From positions 96,001 through 160,000 of the forward strand of contig CAVYBH010000008.1 of assembly GCA_963766715.1 (NCBI GenBank): a stretch of 64,000 bases of DNA, given 5' to 3'. Within the stretch, counting starts at the first letter, position 1; each line of letters begins with the position of its first letter. This stretch comes from an uncultured delta proteobacterium (GTDB lineage: Bacteria > Myxococcota > Myxococcia > Myxococcales > Anaeromyxobacteraceae). This document shows, in pieces, positions 54,912-64,000 of the stretch. A model generated the notes under the pieces. It did not search any database. It was not told the origin of the DNA and saw nothing but the letters and a program-made list of their open reading frames with translations. The translations under genes and the position numbers were made by a program.

Positions 54912-55935
54912 CTACCCCTGCGCCGCCGGGAACGGCGCGACGCGCGTCTTCAGGAAGGCCACCACCTCCGCGTCGGTCCGCTCGGGCGCGCCGGGGAGGC
55001 GCACGAAGGCGCGGGCGATCCGCGCCCAGTTCCCGGTCATGAGCAGGAACCAGACCTGGAAGAAGTCGACGCCCTCGAACACCACCGCATCGTTGCTCGC
55101 GTACTCGGCGAGGTGACGCTCGAACTCGGCCGGGTGCTCCGTCCAGTGGCAGCGAGGCACCACGTGGTGGACGGCGTGGTAGCCGTCGTTGAAGCAGCGG
55201 CGGTTGTAGCGGGTTCCCACGCAGGTGATGCTGGCCCGGAGGGGATTTTCGGGCTGCTCCTGGCAGAGGAAGGCGTGCTGGGCCCAGTTCCCGGCCATCA
55301 TCATGGTGCGCATGACGAGCAGCGGGAGCAGGAAGACCACGAAGGTCGCCGCGGGGTTCACGTAGAGCAGGACAATCATCGAGGACCAGTAGATCCCCTC
55401 GCCCACGATGATCCGCCGGCGCAGCTTCCTCTTCCCCTTCCGCGTGAAGTAGCGGGCCAGGTCGAGGACCCCGACCGTCATGAAGCGACCCCAGTACCGG
55501 AGCCAGTCGCCGATCCGGTCCCGGCGGAAGCGCATGGTGGAGCTGAGGTCGTCGGGGAGGTTCTCCTCCACGTGGTGCATCCCCATGTGGTGGGCGAAGT
55601 AGGTCTCCGGCGTCTGTCCCAGGAACGGTGCGAGCACCCAGGGGATGACGTGGTTCAGCATCGCGTAGCGGGGCCGGAAGAGCTGCCGGTGTGACGTACA
55701 GTGAAGCATGAGGGTGAAGCGGTCGACCAGGCCGGCGAAGAGCGCCACCCCGTAGAACGGCACGAGCCACCAGAAGTACCGGCCCGCGAAGAAGAGCCCC
55801 ACCCCGGCCACGGCCAGCGCCAGGCACTGCATCATGAGGGCGACCATGACGACGTCGCGGGGATCGTTCAGCAGGGGAATCGCCCAGCGGGCGTAGGCGG
55901 GGCTGGAAGCCTCGCGGGGATCGGCTCGTGGACAT
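54912..55935 (-). CDS. Membrane fatty acid desaturase-family protein
   Basis: His boxes HCTSH, HMGMHH, HAVHH; start uncertain. Confidence 0.85.
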
Positions 55936-56074
55936 GGGGCGCCGGGGCTCCGTGCCGGCGGGCGACGACCCGCGCGACGTTCCGCTCCGGAGGGGGCGGG
56001 GGACCGGCTTCCTTCTCGTACCGGGCCATATAGGGCGAGCGCTCGTCCGGGCGCCCGTCCAATCCCGGACGCGG

Positions 56075-56890
56075 TCAGTAGGCGTGCACCAGCGGCCGGA
56101 CCTCGCTGCACGGGCGGCAGAGCGCATTGGGCAGGCCGGAGTTCCGCCGGGTGCGCCCGGCCACGCCCTTGAAGACCGCTCCGCTCTGCGTCTCGTCGCA
56201 GCGGATGCACTCGTTCAGCCGCCCGTCGGGCAGGTGGTAGGGCTGGTTGAGCGCGGCGAGGCACGGCGCGAGGCAGGCCGTCCGGGTGTTCGACGTGTTG
56301 TAGGCCCAGACCTGCGCGCAGGGCAGGTCGAAGCCCAGCGCCTGGAGGCAGGCGACGTCGTCGGCCTGGGCCGGATGGCTGATCCCGCAGGCGCGCACGG
56401 GGGCGGTGAGGTCGTTCTCCCTCACGTAGACGGCCAGGTCGGCGAGCGTCGAGCAGACCCCACAGTGGCCGAAGTGCGTCGGGCTCGCGCCGGCGGCGCG
56501 GGCCGCCGCCTCGCTGGGATAGGTGACGAGCCGGTAGGGGCGCGGCCGGGTTCCCGCGGGACCGGTGGGGAGGACGCCGCAGACGGTGTCGGATGGGTCG
56601 TCGGGAGGCGCGGGGGACGCGTACGGATCGCTCGTGAGCGGCGGGTACGGATCCGCGAGCGCCCAGTCCTCGACGAGCGAGCGGACGAACGCCGCGTCGT
56701 AGACGGGCGGCTGGAAGACGGTACCGCCGCAATCGCACTGCGGACGGCACTGGGCGGCCGTGAGTCCCGTCTGGTCGTTGGGGCGGCCGAACTGGATGGC
56801 GCAGGCGTCGGCGGCCGGCGCCGTCGACTGGGCGCACGCCGTGGCGAGCACCGCGGCGAGCAGGGTCGCGGAGGCGGATCGGATGGACAT
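56075..56890 (-). CDS. Cys-rich hypothetical lipoprotein
   Basis: ATAC lipobox plus 16 further Cys. Confidence 0.75.
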   Translation of the reverse strand: MSIRSASATLLAAVLATACAQSTAPAADACAIQFGRPNDQTGLTAAQCRPQCDCGGTVFQPPVYDAAFVRSLVEDWALADPYPPLTSDPYASPAPPDDPSDTVCGVLPTGPAGTRPRPYRLVTYPSEAAARAAGASPTHFGHCGVCSTLADLAVYVRENDLTAPVRACGISHPAQADDVACLQALGFDLPCAQVWAYNTSNTRTACLAPCLAALNQPYHLPDGRLNECIRCDETQSGAVFKGVAGRTRRNSGLPNALCRPCSEVRPLVHAY

Positions 56891-56901
56891 GGCCTCGTAC
56901 G

Positions 56902-57573
56902 CTACCCCATGGCCCGGATCGCGGCGACCACCGCGTAGAACTGGCAGGCCGAGGCCGCCACCACGAGCACGTGGAAGATCTCGTGGAACCCGAACACGCG
57001 CGGGAACGGGTCGGGGCGGCGCGTGGCGTAGATGACGGCCCCCACCGTGTAGAAGGCCCCGCCGACGAGGAGGTAGAGGAACGGCCGCAGGCCCAGGCTG
57101 GCGTACAGCGCGGGCAGGAACGGGACGATGAGCCAGCCGAGCAGCACGTAGAGCGCGGACCGGACCGGCTTGGGCGTGCGGGGGAAGAAGACCACGAGCA
57201 GGATGCCGAGCGACGCGCTCGCCCAGACGGTGGCGAGCAGCGCGTAGCCGGTCCCCGAGCCGATGAGCAGGCAGAACGGCGTGTAGGTCCCGGCGATGAG
57301 CAGGAAGATGGCCGAGTGGTCGACGCGTCCGACGAACGAGCGAACCCGCGGATCGGTCCAGATCACCCGGTGGTAGGTGGCGCTCACCGCGAAGAGGAGG
57401 ACCACCGACGCGCCGTAGACGGCGGCACCCGCGGCGGCCAGCCGCGAGCCGGACCCGGACACCAGCCAGGCCACCGCCGGGATGGCGGCCACCGCGGCCA
57501 CGACGTGGAACGTGCCCCGGAGCAGCGGGCGCGTCCGGACCAGCGGTACCTGCCTCGACTCGGCCTCCCCCAC
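56902..57573 (-). CDS. Hemolysin III/PAQR (TrhA-like) membrane protein
   Basis: SATYH, DHSAIFLLIAGTYTP, FGFHEIFH. Confidence 0.93.
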   Translation of the reverse strand: MGEAESRQVPLVRTRPLLRGTFHVVAAVAAIPAVAWLVSGSGSRLAAAGAAVYGASVVLLFAVSATYHRVIWTDPRVRSFVGRVDHSAIFLLIAGTYTPFCLLIGSGTGYALLATVWASASLGILLVVFFPRTPKPVRSALYVLLGWLIVPFLPALYASLGLRPFLYLLVGGAFYTVGAVIYATRRPDPFPRVFGFHEIFHVLVVAASACQFYAVVAAIRAMG

Positions 57574-57590
57574 GCTTCCCTCCCCGGAGA

Positions 57591-57785
57591 TCAGCGGCCC
57601 TGCCTCGAGAGCCCCGCCGCGATGACGCCCGCGGCCAGCGCGAGCAGGCTGACGAGCGCGATCGTGCGCCAGTCGTCGCTCCGCATCGCGATCCACCCGG
57701 CCGTGAAGACGGTGAAGGCGCTCACCCCGACCCCGACCTTGGCCGCGATGCGCCGGAACCGATCCCGACCGGTGGAGTCGCTCAT
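57591..57785 (-). CDS. Small two-TM protein
   Basis: 64-aa ORF with two hydrophobic segments, co-directional with the PAQR gene. Confidence 0.5.
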   Translation of the reverse strand: MSDSTGRDRFRRIAAKVGVGVSAFTVFTAGWIAMRSDDWRTIALVSLLALAAGVIAAGLSRQGR

Positions 57786-57863
57786 GGGGCTCATTGTACC
57801 GGCGAATGGCACCGCGGCGGGTGCCCGTTATCGAGTGAGGGTCGCCCCTTCCCGGGAGGTCCC

Positions 57864-58298
57864 GTGTTCCGACACATCCTCGTCCCCACCGACGGCTCTC
57901 CCCAGGCGGAATCCGCCGCCCGGGAGGCCGTCGCGCTCGCCAGGCTGGCGGGCGGGCGCATCACCGCCCTGACCGTGAAGCCCGAGTACCACGTCTTCAC
58001 CCTGCGTCCCGCCGAGCTCGAGGACACGAAGGGCGATGCCTGGGACGTCGATCTGCACGCCCGGAACCACCTCGACGCGGTGGAGCGGATCGCCAGGGAG
58101 GCCGGCGTGGCCTGCGAGCGGATCACGGTCCAGAGCAACCACCCCTGGAAGGCGATCGTGGAGACCGCCTCGGCCCAGGGCTGCGACGCCATCGCCATCG
58201 CCTCCCACGGCCGGAGCGGGATCGCCGCGGTGCTCCTGGGGAGCCAGACCCAGCGGGTCGTGACCCACGCCACGGTGCCGGTGATCGTCTACCGGTAG
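57864..58298 (+). CDS. Universal stress protein
   Basis: FRHILVPTDGS, ASHGRSG...LLGSQT.RV. Confidence 0.93.
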   Translation: MFRHILVPTDGSPQAESAAREAVALARLAGGRITALTVKPEYHVFTLRPAELEDTKGDAWDVDLHARNHLDAVERIAREAGVACERITVQSNHPWKAIVETASAQGCDAIAIASHGRSGIAAVLLGSQTQRVVTHATVPVIVYR

Positions 58299-58314
58299 CT
58301 CGCCCGGGCGCGCC

Positions 58315-58926
58315 CTATCCGGCGCGCTTCGCGGACGCGTCCTCGGCCTTGGCCTCGGAGGCGAGCTGCTGCAGGGCGTCCTGCGTGCCCTCGTCGCCCC
58401 GGAGCACCTCGGGACGCAGCCGGGCCAGCGCCAGGTCGGCGAAGTCGCCGATCCCGGCCATGCTCTCCGGGACCCACAGGCGGGCGCCCCCGGGACCGGT
58501 CAGGAAGAACCACCGGCTGACGCCGTTGTAGGCGATGCGCTCCACCTCCGGCCAGGCGAGCCGGCGGCGCTTCATGGGGTCGATCCGCTCGATGCCCGCC
58601 TCGTCCACGCGAACCCGCATGCCCCGCTCGGCGAGCAGGAAGTAGGCGGTGACGGCGAGCCCGGCCAGGACCACCAGCCCGACGAGCGCCAGGCCCGCCG
58701 AGCCGATCCCGTTGCGGCGCGCCGCCGTGAACGCGACGGCGACGACGAGGAGGGTGGGCCCGAGCGCCATGACGCCCAGGACCGCGTAGCGCCAGGGGGG
58801 CGGGCGCAGGACGACGGCACTCCCGTCCCGCGCGCCTCGCAGGCGCGAAGGCGGGCCCGGACGGAGGAGGAACCCGCCGGCGACGAGGAGGAGCCCGAGG
58901 ACCCCGAAGGCGATGATGAGCTGCAT
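58315..58926 (-). CDS. Three-TM protein with bacterial PH-like domain, paralog A
   Basis: RVRVDEAGI...W.EV.RIAYN...WFF. Confidence 0.7.
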   Translation of the reverse strand: MQLIIAFGVLGLLLVAGGFLLRPGPPSRLRGARDGSAVVLRPPPWRYAVLGVMALGPTLLVVAVAFTAARRNGIGSAGLALVGLVVLAGLAVTAYFLLAERGMRVRVDEAGIERIDPMKRRRLAWPEVERIAYNGVSRWFFLTGPGGARLWVPESMAGIGDFADLALARLRPEVLRGDEGTQDALQQLASEAKAEDASAKRAG

Positions 58927-58981
58927 CGGGGGACTCTCTCCCGAGGGGGAGGCGTCACGCAAGGGGGGTGAAGCCGGACGG

Positions 58982-59569
58982 TCAGCCGATGATCTGGGCG
59001 TCGTCGGCCAGCTCCTCCAGGACCTCCCGGGCCTGCTGGTCTCCCCAGAGCGCGGCGGGGGGCAGCCGCGACAGCGCCATCTGGGCGAAGAAGCCGATGC
59101 CGGTGAGGTCGTCCCACAGCCAGAGGTGCGTCCCGTCGACGAGCGTGATGAAGAACCACTGGTTCACCGGGTTGTAGGCGAACCGGGCGATCTCGCTCCA
59201 TTCCACGACCCGGTGGCCGAGGACGCCCACCCAGTCGAGTCCCTCAGGGTCCACCCGGACGCAGGCGCGGAACTCCGCCGCCAGGCACCACGCGCCGGTC
59301 GACGCGCAGGTCGTGACCAGGCCGGAGGCGAGGAGCACGGCCGCCCAGTCGTTGGGGGTCGGGCGGAGCGTCAGGACCACCCAGGAGACGATGGCGGCCG
59401 GGGCCAGCGCCAGCGAGGCGAGGCTCGTGTAGCGCCAGCGGCGCATCCGGAGAACGGTCTCGCCGCCGGGCCCGCGGCTTCCTCGCCCCGGGGCGCGCCG
59501 CCCGATGAAGAACTGGGTGACGAGCAGGAGGCCGATGACGGCCGCGATGACCCCGGCGACGCGGGACAT
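58982..59569 (-). CDS. Three-TM protein with bacterial PH-like domain, paralog B
   Basis: VRVDPEGL...W.EI.RFAYN...WFF. Confidence 0.7.
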   Translation of the reverse strand: MSRVAGVIAAVIGLLLVTQFFIGRRAPGRGSRGPGGETVLRMRRWRYTSLASLALAPAAIVSWVVLTLRPTPNDWAAVLLASGLVTTCASTGAWCLAAEFRACVRVDPEGLDWVGVLGHRVVEWSEIARFAYNPVNQWFFITLVDGTHLWLWDDLTGIGFFAQMALSRLPPAALWGDQQAREVLEELADDAQIIG

Positions 59570-59681
59570 GTCGCCAATCTTTTGTCGCCCGCCCGCGATT
59601 TCAAATCCGTTCGACTGCACCCGATCGGGTACATGTGCAGGCGGTTAGACTTGCGCGGCTCGTTTCGAGCAGGGGGATGCG

Positions 59682-60264
59682 ATGCCCGAGGAACGCCGAG
59701 GTCGAGACCGAGAAGCTCCACGAGGCCATCCAGGAGGAGCTGGAGCGCGACGGTGGGAGGTTCCTCCGGCGGATCGCGCTCTCCACCGCGCTTCTGGCCG
59801 TCCTGGCCGCCCTCGCCGCGCTGCGCTCCGGCGCAACGGTGAACCAGGCGCTCCTGCTCCGCGCAGACGCGACCCAGCTGCAATCGCAAGCGTCCGACCA
59901 GTGGGCCTACTACCAGGCGAAGGGTGTGAAGGGGGCCGTGCAGGAGGCGGTCCGAGCGTCCTGGCTCGCCGCCGGAAAGGAACCGCCGGCCTCGTCCGAG
60001 GAGAAGGTCGCCCGGTACGAGAAGGAGCAGGAGGCCATCCGGGAGAAGGCCATCGCGCTGGAGAGGGAGCGGGAGGTGAAGGTGGTGGAGTCGGAGCACC
60101 TGCTCCACGGTCACCACCGGTTCGCGAACGCGGTCGCGCTCTTCCAGGTCGCCATCGCGCTCGGCGCCGTGGCGGCGCTGACCCGGAGCCGGCTGGTGTG
60201 GGCGGGCTCGATGCTCGTCGGCCTGGGGGGCATCGCGCTGCTTGCCTGGGCTTTCACCCTCTAG
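59682..60264 (+). CDS. DUF4337 domain protein
   Basis: IALSTALLAVLAA, ASDQWAYYQAKG.K, LFQVAIALGAVA; N-terminal indel. Confidence 0.85.
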
Positions 60265-60424
60265 GTGGGCTCGAGCCGGGCGGCGGGCGCCGCACGGACG
60301 ACGGCCATCCGAAATCTGACATCCCGAATCCGGGGTGTCATTTTTCGGAGCGATCCATCCGTCCATGTCCGCCCTGCCGCTAGGATATCTTCGTGCGGCT
60401 GAAATCGGGCGAGGAGAGAGGCGA

Positions 60425-61023
60425 GTGGCATTGCGCGCGAAGGGACCGGACGATCGAGAGGAGCGGATCCGGTCCCTTCTCACCGAGGGACGGGCGGAGG
60501 ACGCCGCCACGCTGGCCATCCGCTCCTACGGCCCCCAGATCCTGCGGTACCTGCACTCGATCCTCGGCGATGGACGACGACGCGCGCGAGGCCTTCTCCC
60601 AGTTCGCCGAGAACCTCTGGCGCGGCCTCCCGGAGTTCCAGGGCCGGGCCCCCTTCCGGATCTGGGCCTACCGGATCGCCTGGAACGCCGCGTGCGACAT
60701 CCGCAAGCAGCCCTGGCGCAACCGGCGCCGGAGGCCTGAGCACGGGAGCGGCGTCCCGGATCGCCGACACCGTCGCCACCTCCACCGGCGAGAAGCTGGA
60801 GCAGCGCCGGCAGGACCTCGCATCGCTGCGCGAGTCGCTCTCCATCGACGACCGCGCGCTCGCGGCCCTGCGCATCGACCAGGGGCTCTCCTGGGCCGAG
60901 TGCGCGGAGGCGCTCTCCATCGACGGGCGCACGGTGAAGGCGAACACCCTCACCAAGCGCTTCGAGCGGATCAAGGAGCGGCTGGGCAGGCTGGCCAAGA
61001 AGAAGGGGCTCCTCGAGCCGTGA
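60425..61023 (+). CDS. ECF-type sigma factor (frameshifted)
   Basis: [25 protein letters not shown]...F..WAYRIA.N, region 4 LSW.E.AEAL. Confidence 0.85.
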
Positions 61024-62733
61024 GCGCGCGACCGTCCGGCGCCGGGGACGAATCGCCCGGGACGCTCACCTCCCTCGTCGAACGAGGTCTTCCGCGGCTC
61101 GCCCACGGACGCCGCAGCGACTGGGTGGACGGGCTGGCTCCCGGCGCCGCGCTGGGGCGCTACGACCTGCATCCGCGAGGTCGGTCGCGGCGGGTTCGGC
61201 GTGGTCTGGGAGGCTCGCGACCGGGAGCTGGGGCGGCGGGTGGCCGCTGAAGGTCATCCGGGTGCGGCGCAGCGGCGTCCCGGAGAAGCGGCTCGTCGCC
61301 GAGGCCGAGGTGGCCGCCCGGCTCTCCCACCCCGGCATCGTCACCATCCTCGACGTGGGGCGGAACGACAAGGGCGGCTGGCTGGTGCAGGAGTTCCTCA
61401 CCGGCCGGACGCTCGACGCGCGGCTCGAGGAGGGCGCGCTCCCGCTGCGCGAGGCGCTGCGCGTGGGGATGGACGTCGCCCGGGCGCTCGCGCACGCCCA
61501 TGCGAACGGCGTGGTGCACCGCGACCTCACCGCGCGCAACGTGTTCCTCTGCGAGGACGGGCAGGTGAAGCTCCTCGACCTGGGGATGGCGCAGGCCTTC
61601 GGGCGGCGCAAGCTCGAGGGCGGCACGCCCGACTACATGGCGCCCGAGCAGGCGCGGGGCGCTCCCGAGGACGAGCGGGTCGACGTCTTTTCACTGGGCG
61701 TGATCCTCTACCGGATGATCGCCGGCGAGTCCCCCTTCCCGCCGGGGGCGCGCGGACGGCGCGCCTCGCTCCCCGGCTCGACACCCCGGAGCTCCCCGGC
61801 CTGGGAGAGCTCGTCGGGCACATGCTCGCGCCCGACCCGATGGACCGCCCGCGAGACGCGGCCGAGGTGCTGGCGGAGCTCGACGCGCTCGCGCTCACGC
61901 TGCCCCAGAACCGGCACGGGCACCCGGCCGGGCGCGGTGCGGGTCCGCAAGCGATGGCCGCGCTGGGCCATCGCGGCCGCGGCGCTGGTGGTGCTCCTGG
62001 CCGCCGCCGGGGCTGGTGCACTCGCGGCGAGGCGCTGGCTCGCGCCGCCTCCCGACCGGCTCGCCGCCGCTCGCCTTCGGCGCCACCGAGTCCTCCATCG
62101 GGTGCAGCTGGGGCCGGGCCACCTGGTACGACCTCGATCGCCTGCCCGAGGGCGCGTTCACGCGCAACGGCGAGATGGGCGGGCAGGGAGTCGCCGAGGT
62201 CGGAGGGCCGGAAGGCCTGGAAGGTCACCTCCGACTGGGGCCAGCTCGTGGTCCCCCTGGGCGCGGCCGCGCGGGGCGACCCCTTCGCGATCGAGGTCGA
62301 GTTCTTCATGCCCCCGCCGACCGGATGGATGCGCGGGGCGAACATCCACGCCTTCACCGATCCCGTCGGTGGGGACCGACACGGGCGAAATCGTCGCACG
62401 GGGTCACGCTGGCGGTGGCCGAGGAACCCGGCAAGCCGCCCCGGTTCGAGTGGTACGAGCCGGACGGGCGAGGGAGGAGTGCCGCCACCGGTACCTGGGG
62501 ACGCTTCCCGGCCCGGTCAGCGGGAAGTGGCACACGCTCCGGATCGAGGGCTCGCCGTCGAAGGGCTGGTATCCGGGGGCTCCTGGACGGGCGCCCGCTG
62601 GTCGTGGCCCGCGGGGAGTACGACCTGTCCGGCGCCCACGTCGTCGCTCGGCGCCGGCTACGGCTACATGAACCCGGAGGACGTGGCCTGGTCCAACCTC
62701 CGGACCTTCGCCGGAACGCCGGAGTGCCAGTAG
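61020..62733 (+). CDS. Hanks-type protein kinase with TM segment and beta-rich C-terminal domain (frameshifted)
   Basis: [30 protein letters not shown] overlap with the ECF stop. Confidence 0.88.
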
Positions 62734-62779
62734 CCCCTCGCGCGACTAGGAATCCGGGATCCCGCTCCGGAGGCCTCCC

Positions 62780-63205
62780 ATGCGTCGCGCCCCGATCCTC
62801 GTCGCCCTCCTCGTCGCCGTCGTCGCGGCCGTCCTGCCCGCCCTCCCGCTCGCGGCCGACCCGCCGAAGTTCGAGATGGAGTCGTACCAGCTGGTGCTCC
62901 TCATGCGCGCCCCGACCTGGCAGAAGCTCCCGCAGGAGGAGGCGGAGGCGCTGCAGGCGAAGCACATCGCCCACCTCACGGCGATGGGCGAATCGGGAAA
63001 GATGGTGATCGCCGGGCCGTTCTCGAACCAGGCCGACCCCGCCTACCGGGGCGCGTGCCTCTACCGCGTCTCCACGCCCGAGGACGCGCGCGCGCTGGCC
63101 GAGCAGGACCCCATCGTGAAGGCGGGCCAGCTCCGCGTCGAGGTCATGACCTGGTGGGTGGGCAAGGGGTACATGGCCTTCCCCCGGGCGCCGGTGGCGA
63201 AGTGA
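62780..63205 (+). CDS. YciI-family protein with signal peptide
   Basis: HIAHL...GKMVIAGPF, QDPIVKAG. Confidence 0.85.
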   Translation: MRRAPILVALLVAVVAAVLPALPLAADPPKFEMESYQLVLLMRAPTWQKLPQEEAEALQAKHIAHLTAMGESGKMVIAGPFSNQADPAYRGACLYRVSTPEDARALAEQDPIVKAGQLRVEVMTWWVGKGYMAFPRAPVAK

Positions 63206-63817
63206 GCCGGCGCCTGCCCGGGCTGCTGGCGCTCTCCTTCGCCGCCGCTGCTCCTCCCGGCGTGCACGCCGTCCGCCGTGCTGATGACGCCTCCTCCCAC
63301 CGTGAAGCCGCCGCCGGGCCAGGGAGAGGAGACCACCGGCCAGGTGACCTTCTCGGCCGGGGGACTGGGCACCGCGATCGCCTACGGGCCCTGGCGGGTG
63401 AGCGGGCCGGGCATCGAGCTCCGCTACGCCGGCGACGGGGCCTGGACCGGGCAGATCGCGGGAGCCGACGTCCGGGTGCAGGCCCAGGCGGGGCTCGTCA
63501 CCGGACCCGGCATCCGGCTCGACCTGGTGCAGGACGGCTCGTCGCTCGCGATCCGGGGCACGTGGACCGGGCATCGGGTCGACCTCACGGTCGGACGCCT
63601 CGGCCTCGTCGGAACGCTGGAGAAGGGGGGCTGCGACATCCAGCTGCGCCCCGTCGAGACCGGGATCTTCGGCGGGCCGCTGGGCTGCCCGGCTCGTCCC
63701 GGGGGCGCGGCCACGTCCAGCGAGGGAACGCTCCGCCTGGCCGGGGAGGCCCTGCTCGTCCCCGACGTGCTGCTCCCCCAGTTCGTCCTGGCGCTCCTCG
63801 CTGCGCTGCCCACCTGA
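63202..63817 (+). CDS. Hypothetical lipoprotein
   Basis: LLPAC lipobox-like motif; beta-rich; N-terminal indel. Confidence 0.6.
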
Positions 63818-63827
63818 GGGCCCGGCC

Positions 63828-64000
63828 TTGAACTTCGTCGCCCTGAGCATCGCCCTCTCGCTGGCCGCACCTCGCGCCGCGGCGCCCGCCGCACCGTCTC
63901 CCGAGCTGCACGAGGTCGCCACGAGCCCGGACCAGTGGACCGGGATCGCCATCTCCCGGAGCGGGCGCATCTTCGTCAACTTCCCGCGGTGGTCGGAGAA
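63828..64000 (+). CDS. Major royal jelly/yellow-family protein (3' truncated by window)
   Basis: Signal peptide, WTGIAISRSGRIFVNFPRW. Confidence 0.75.
   Translation, partial: MNFVALSIALSLAAPRAAAPAAPSPELHEVATSPDQWTGIAISRSGRIFVNFPRWSE

Overview
Very GC-rich bacterial DNA. The gene content suggests Myxococcota, Anaeromyxobacter-like (inference): Hanks kinases with a DLG motif, an ECF-kinase pair and Cys-rich lipoproteins. Many genes are broken by single-base indels, most likely long-read assembly errors, so several coordinates are reconstructed across frames and are approximate. 1-12.6 kb: end of an exopolysaccharide locus (GT2, NadE-like, AsnB-like, ACP, acyltransferase, repeat lipoprotein, GT4, deacetylase), then a thioesterase and a LarA-family gene. 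12.7-27.4 kb: DUF72, LdtD/MepK, PRTase, Lon-like protease, fhs, ftsH, rnhA, OmpA and DUF815. 27.4-32 kb: a K+ module made of a KimA-like APC transporter, KdpE and a short KdpD, with no kdpFABC. It has phased direct repeats, a structured 5' leader that can hide the RBS, and a second candidate ncRNA. 32-64 kb: nitroreductase, kinase-TPR, Fe-S protein, diheme cytochrome lipoprotein, LysR, two USPs, M23 peptidase, a large multicopper oxidase, three TonB/AgmX-like paralogs, desaturase/PAQR, and an ECF sigma with a kinase that has a Tyr-kinase-like catalytic loop. The best novelty candidate is the leader RNA plus KdpDE-KimA K+ system. No rRNA, tRNA, CRISPR or transposase was recognised.
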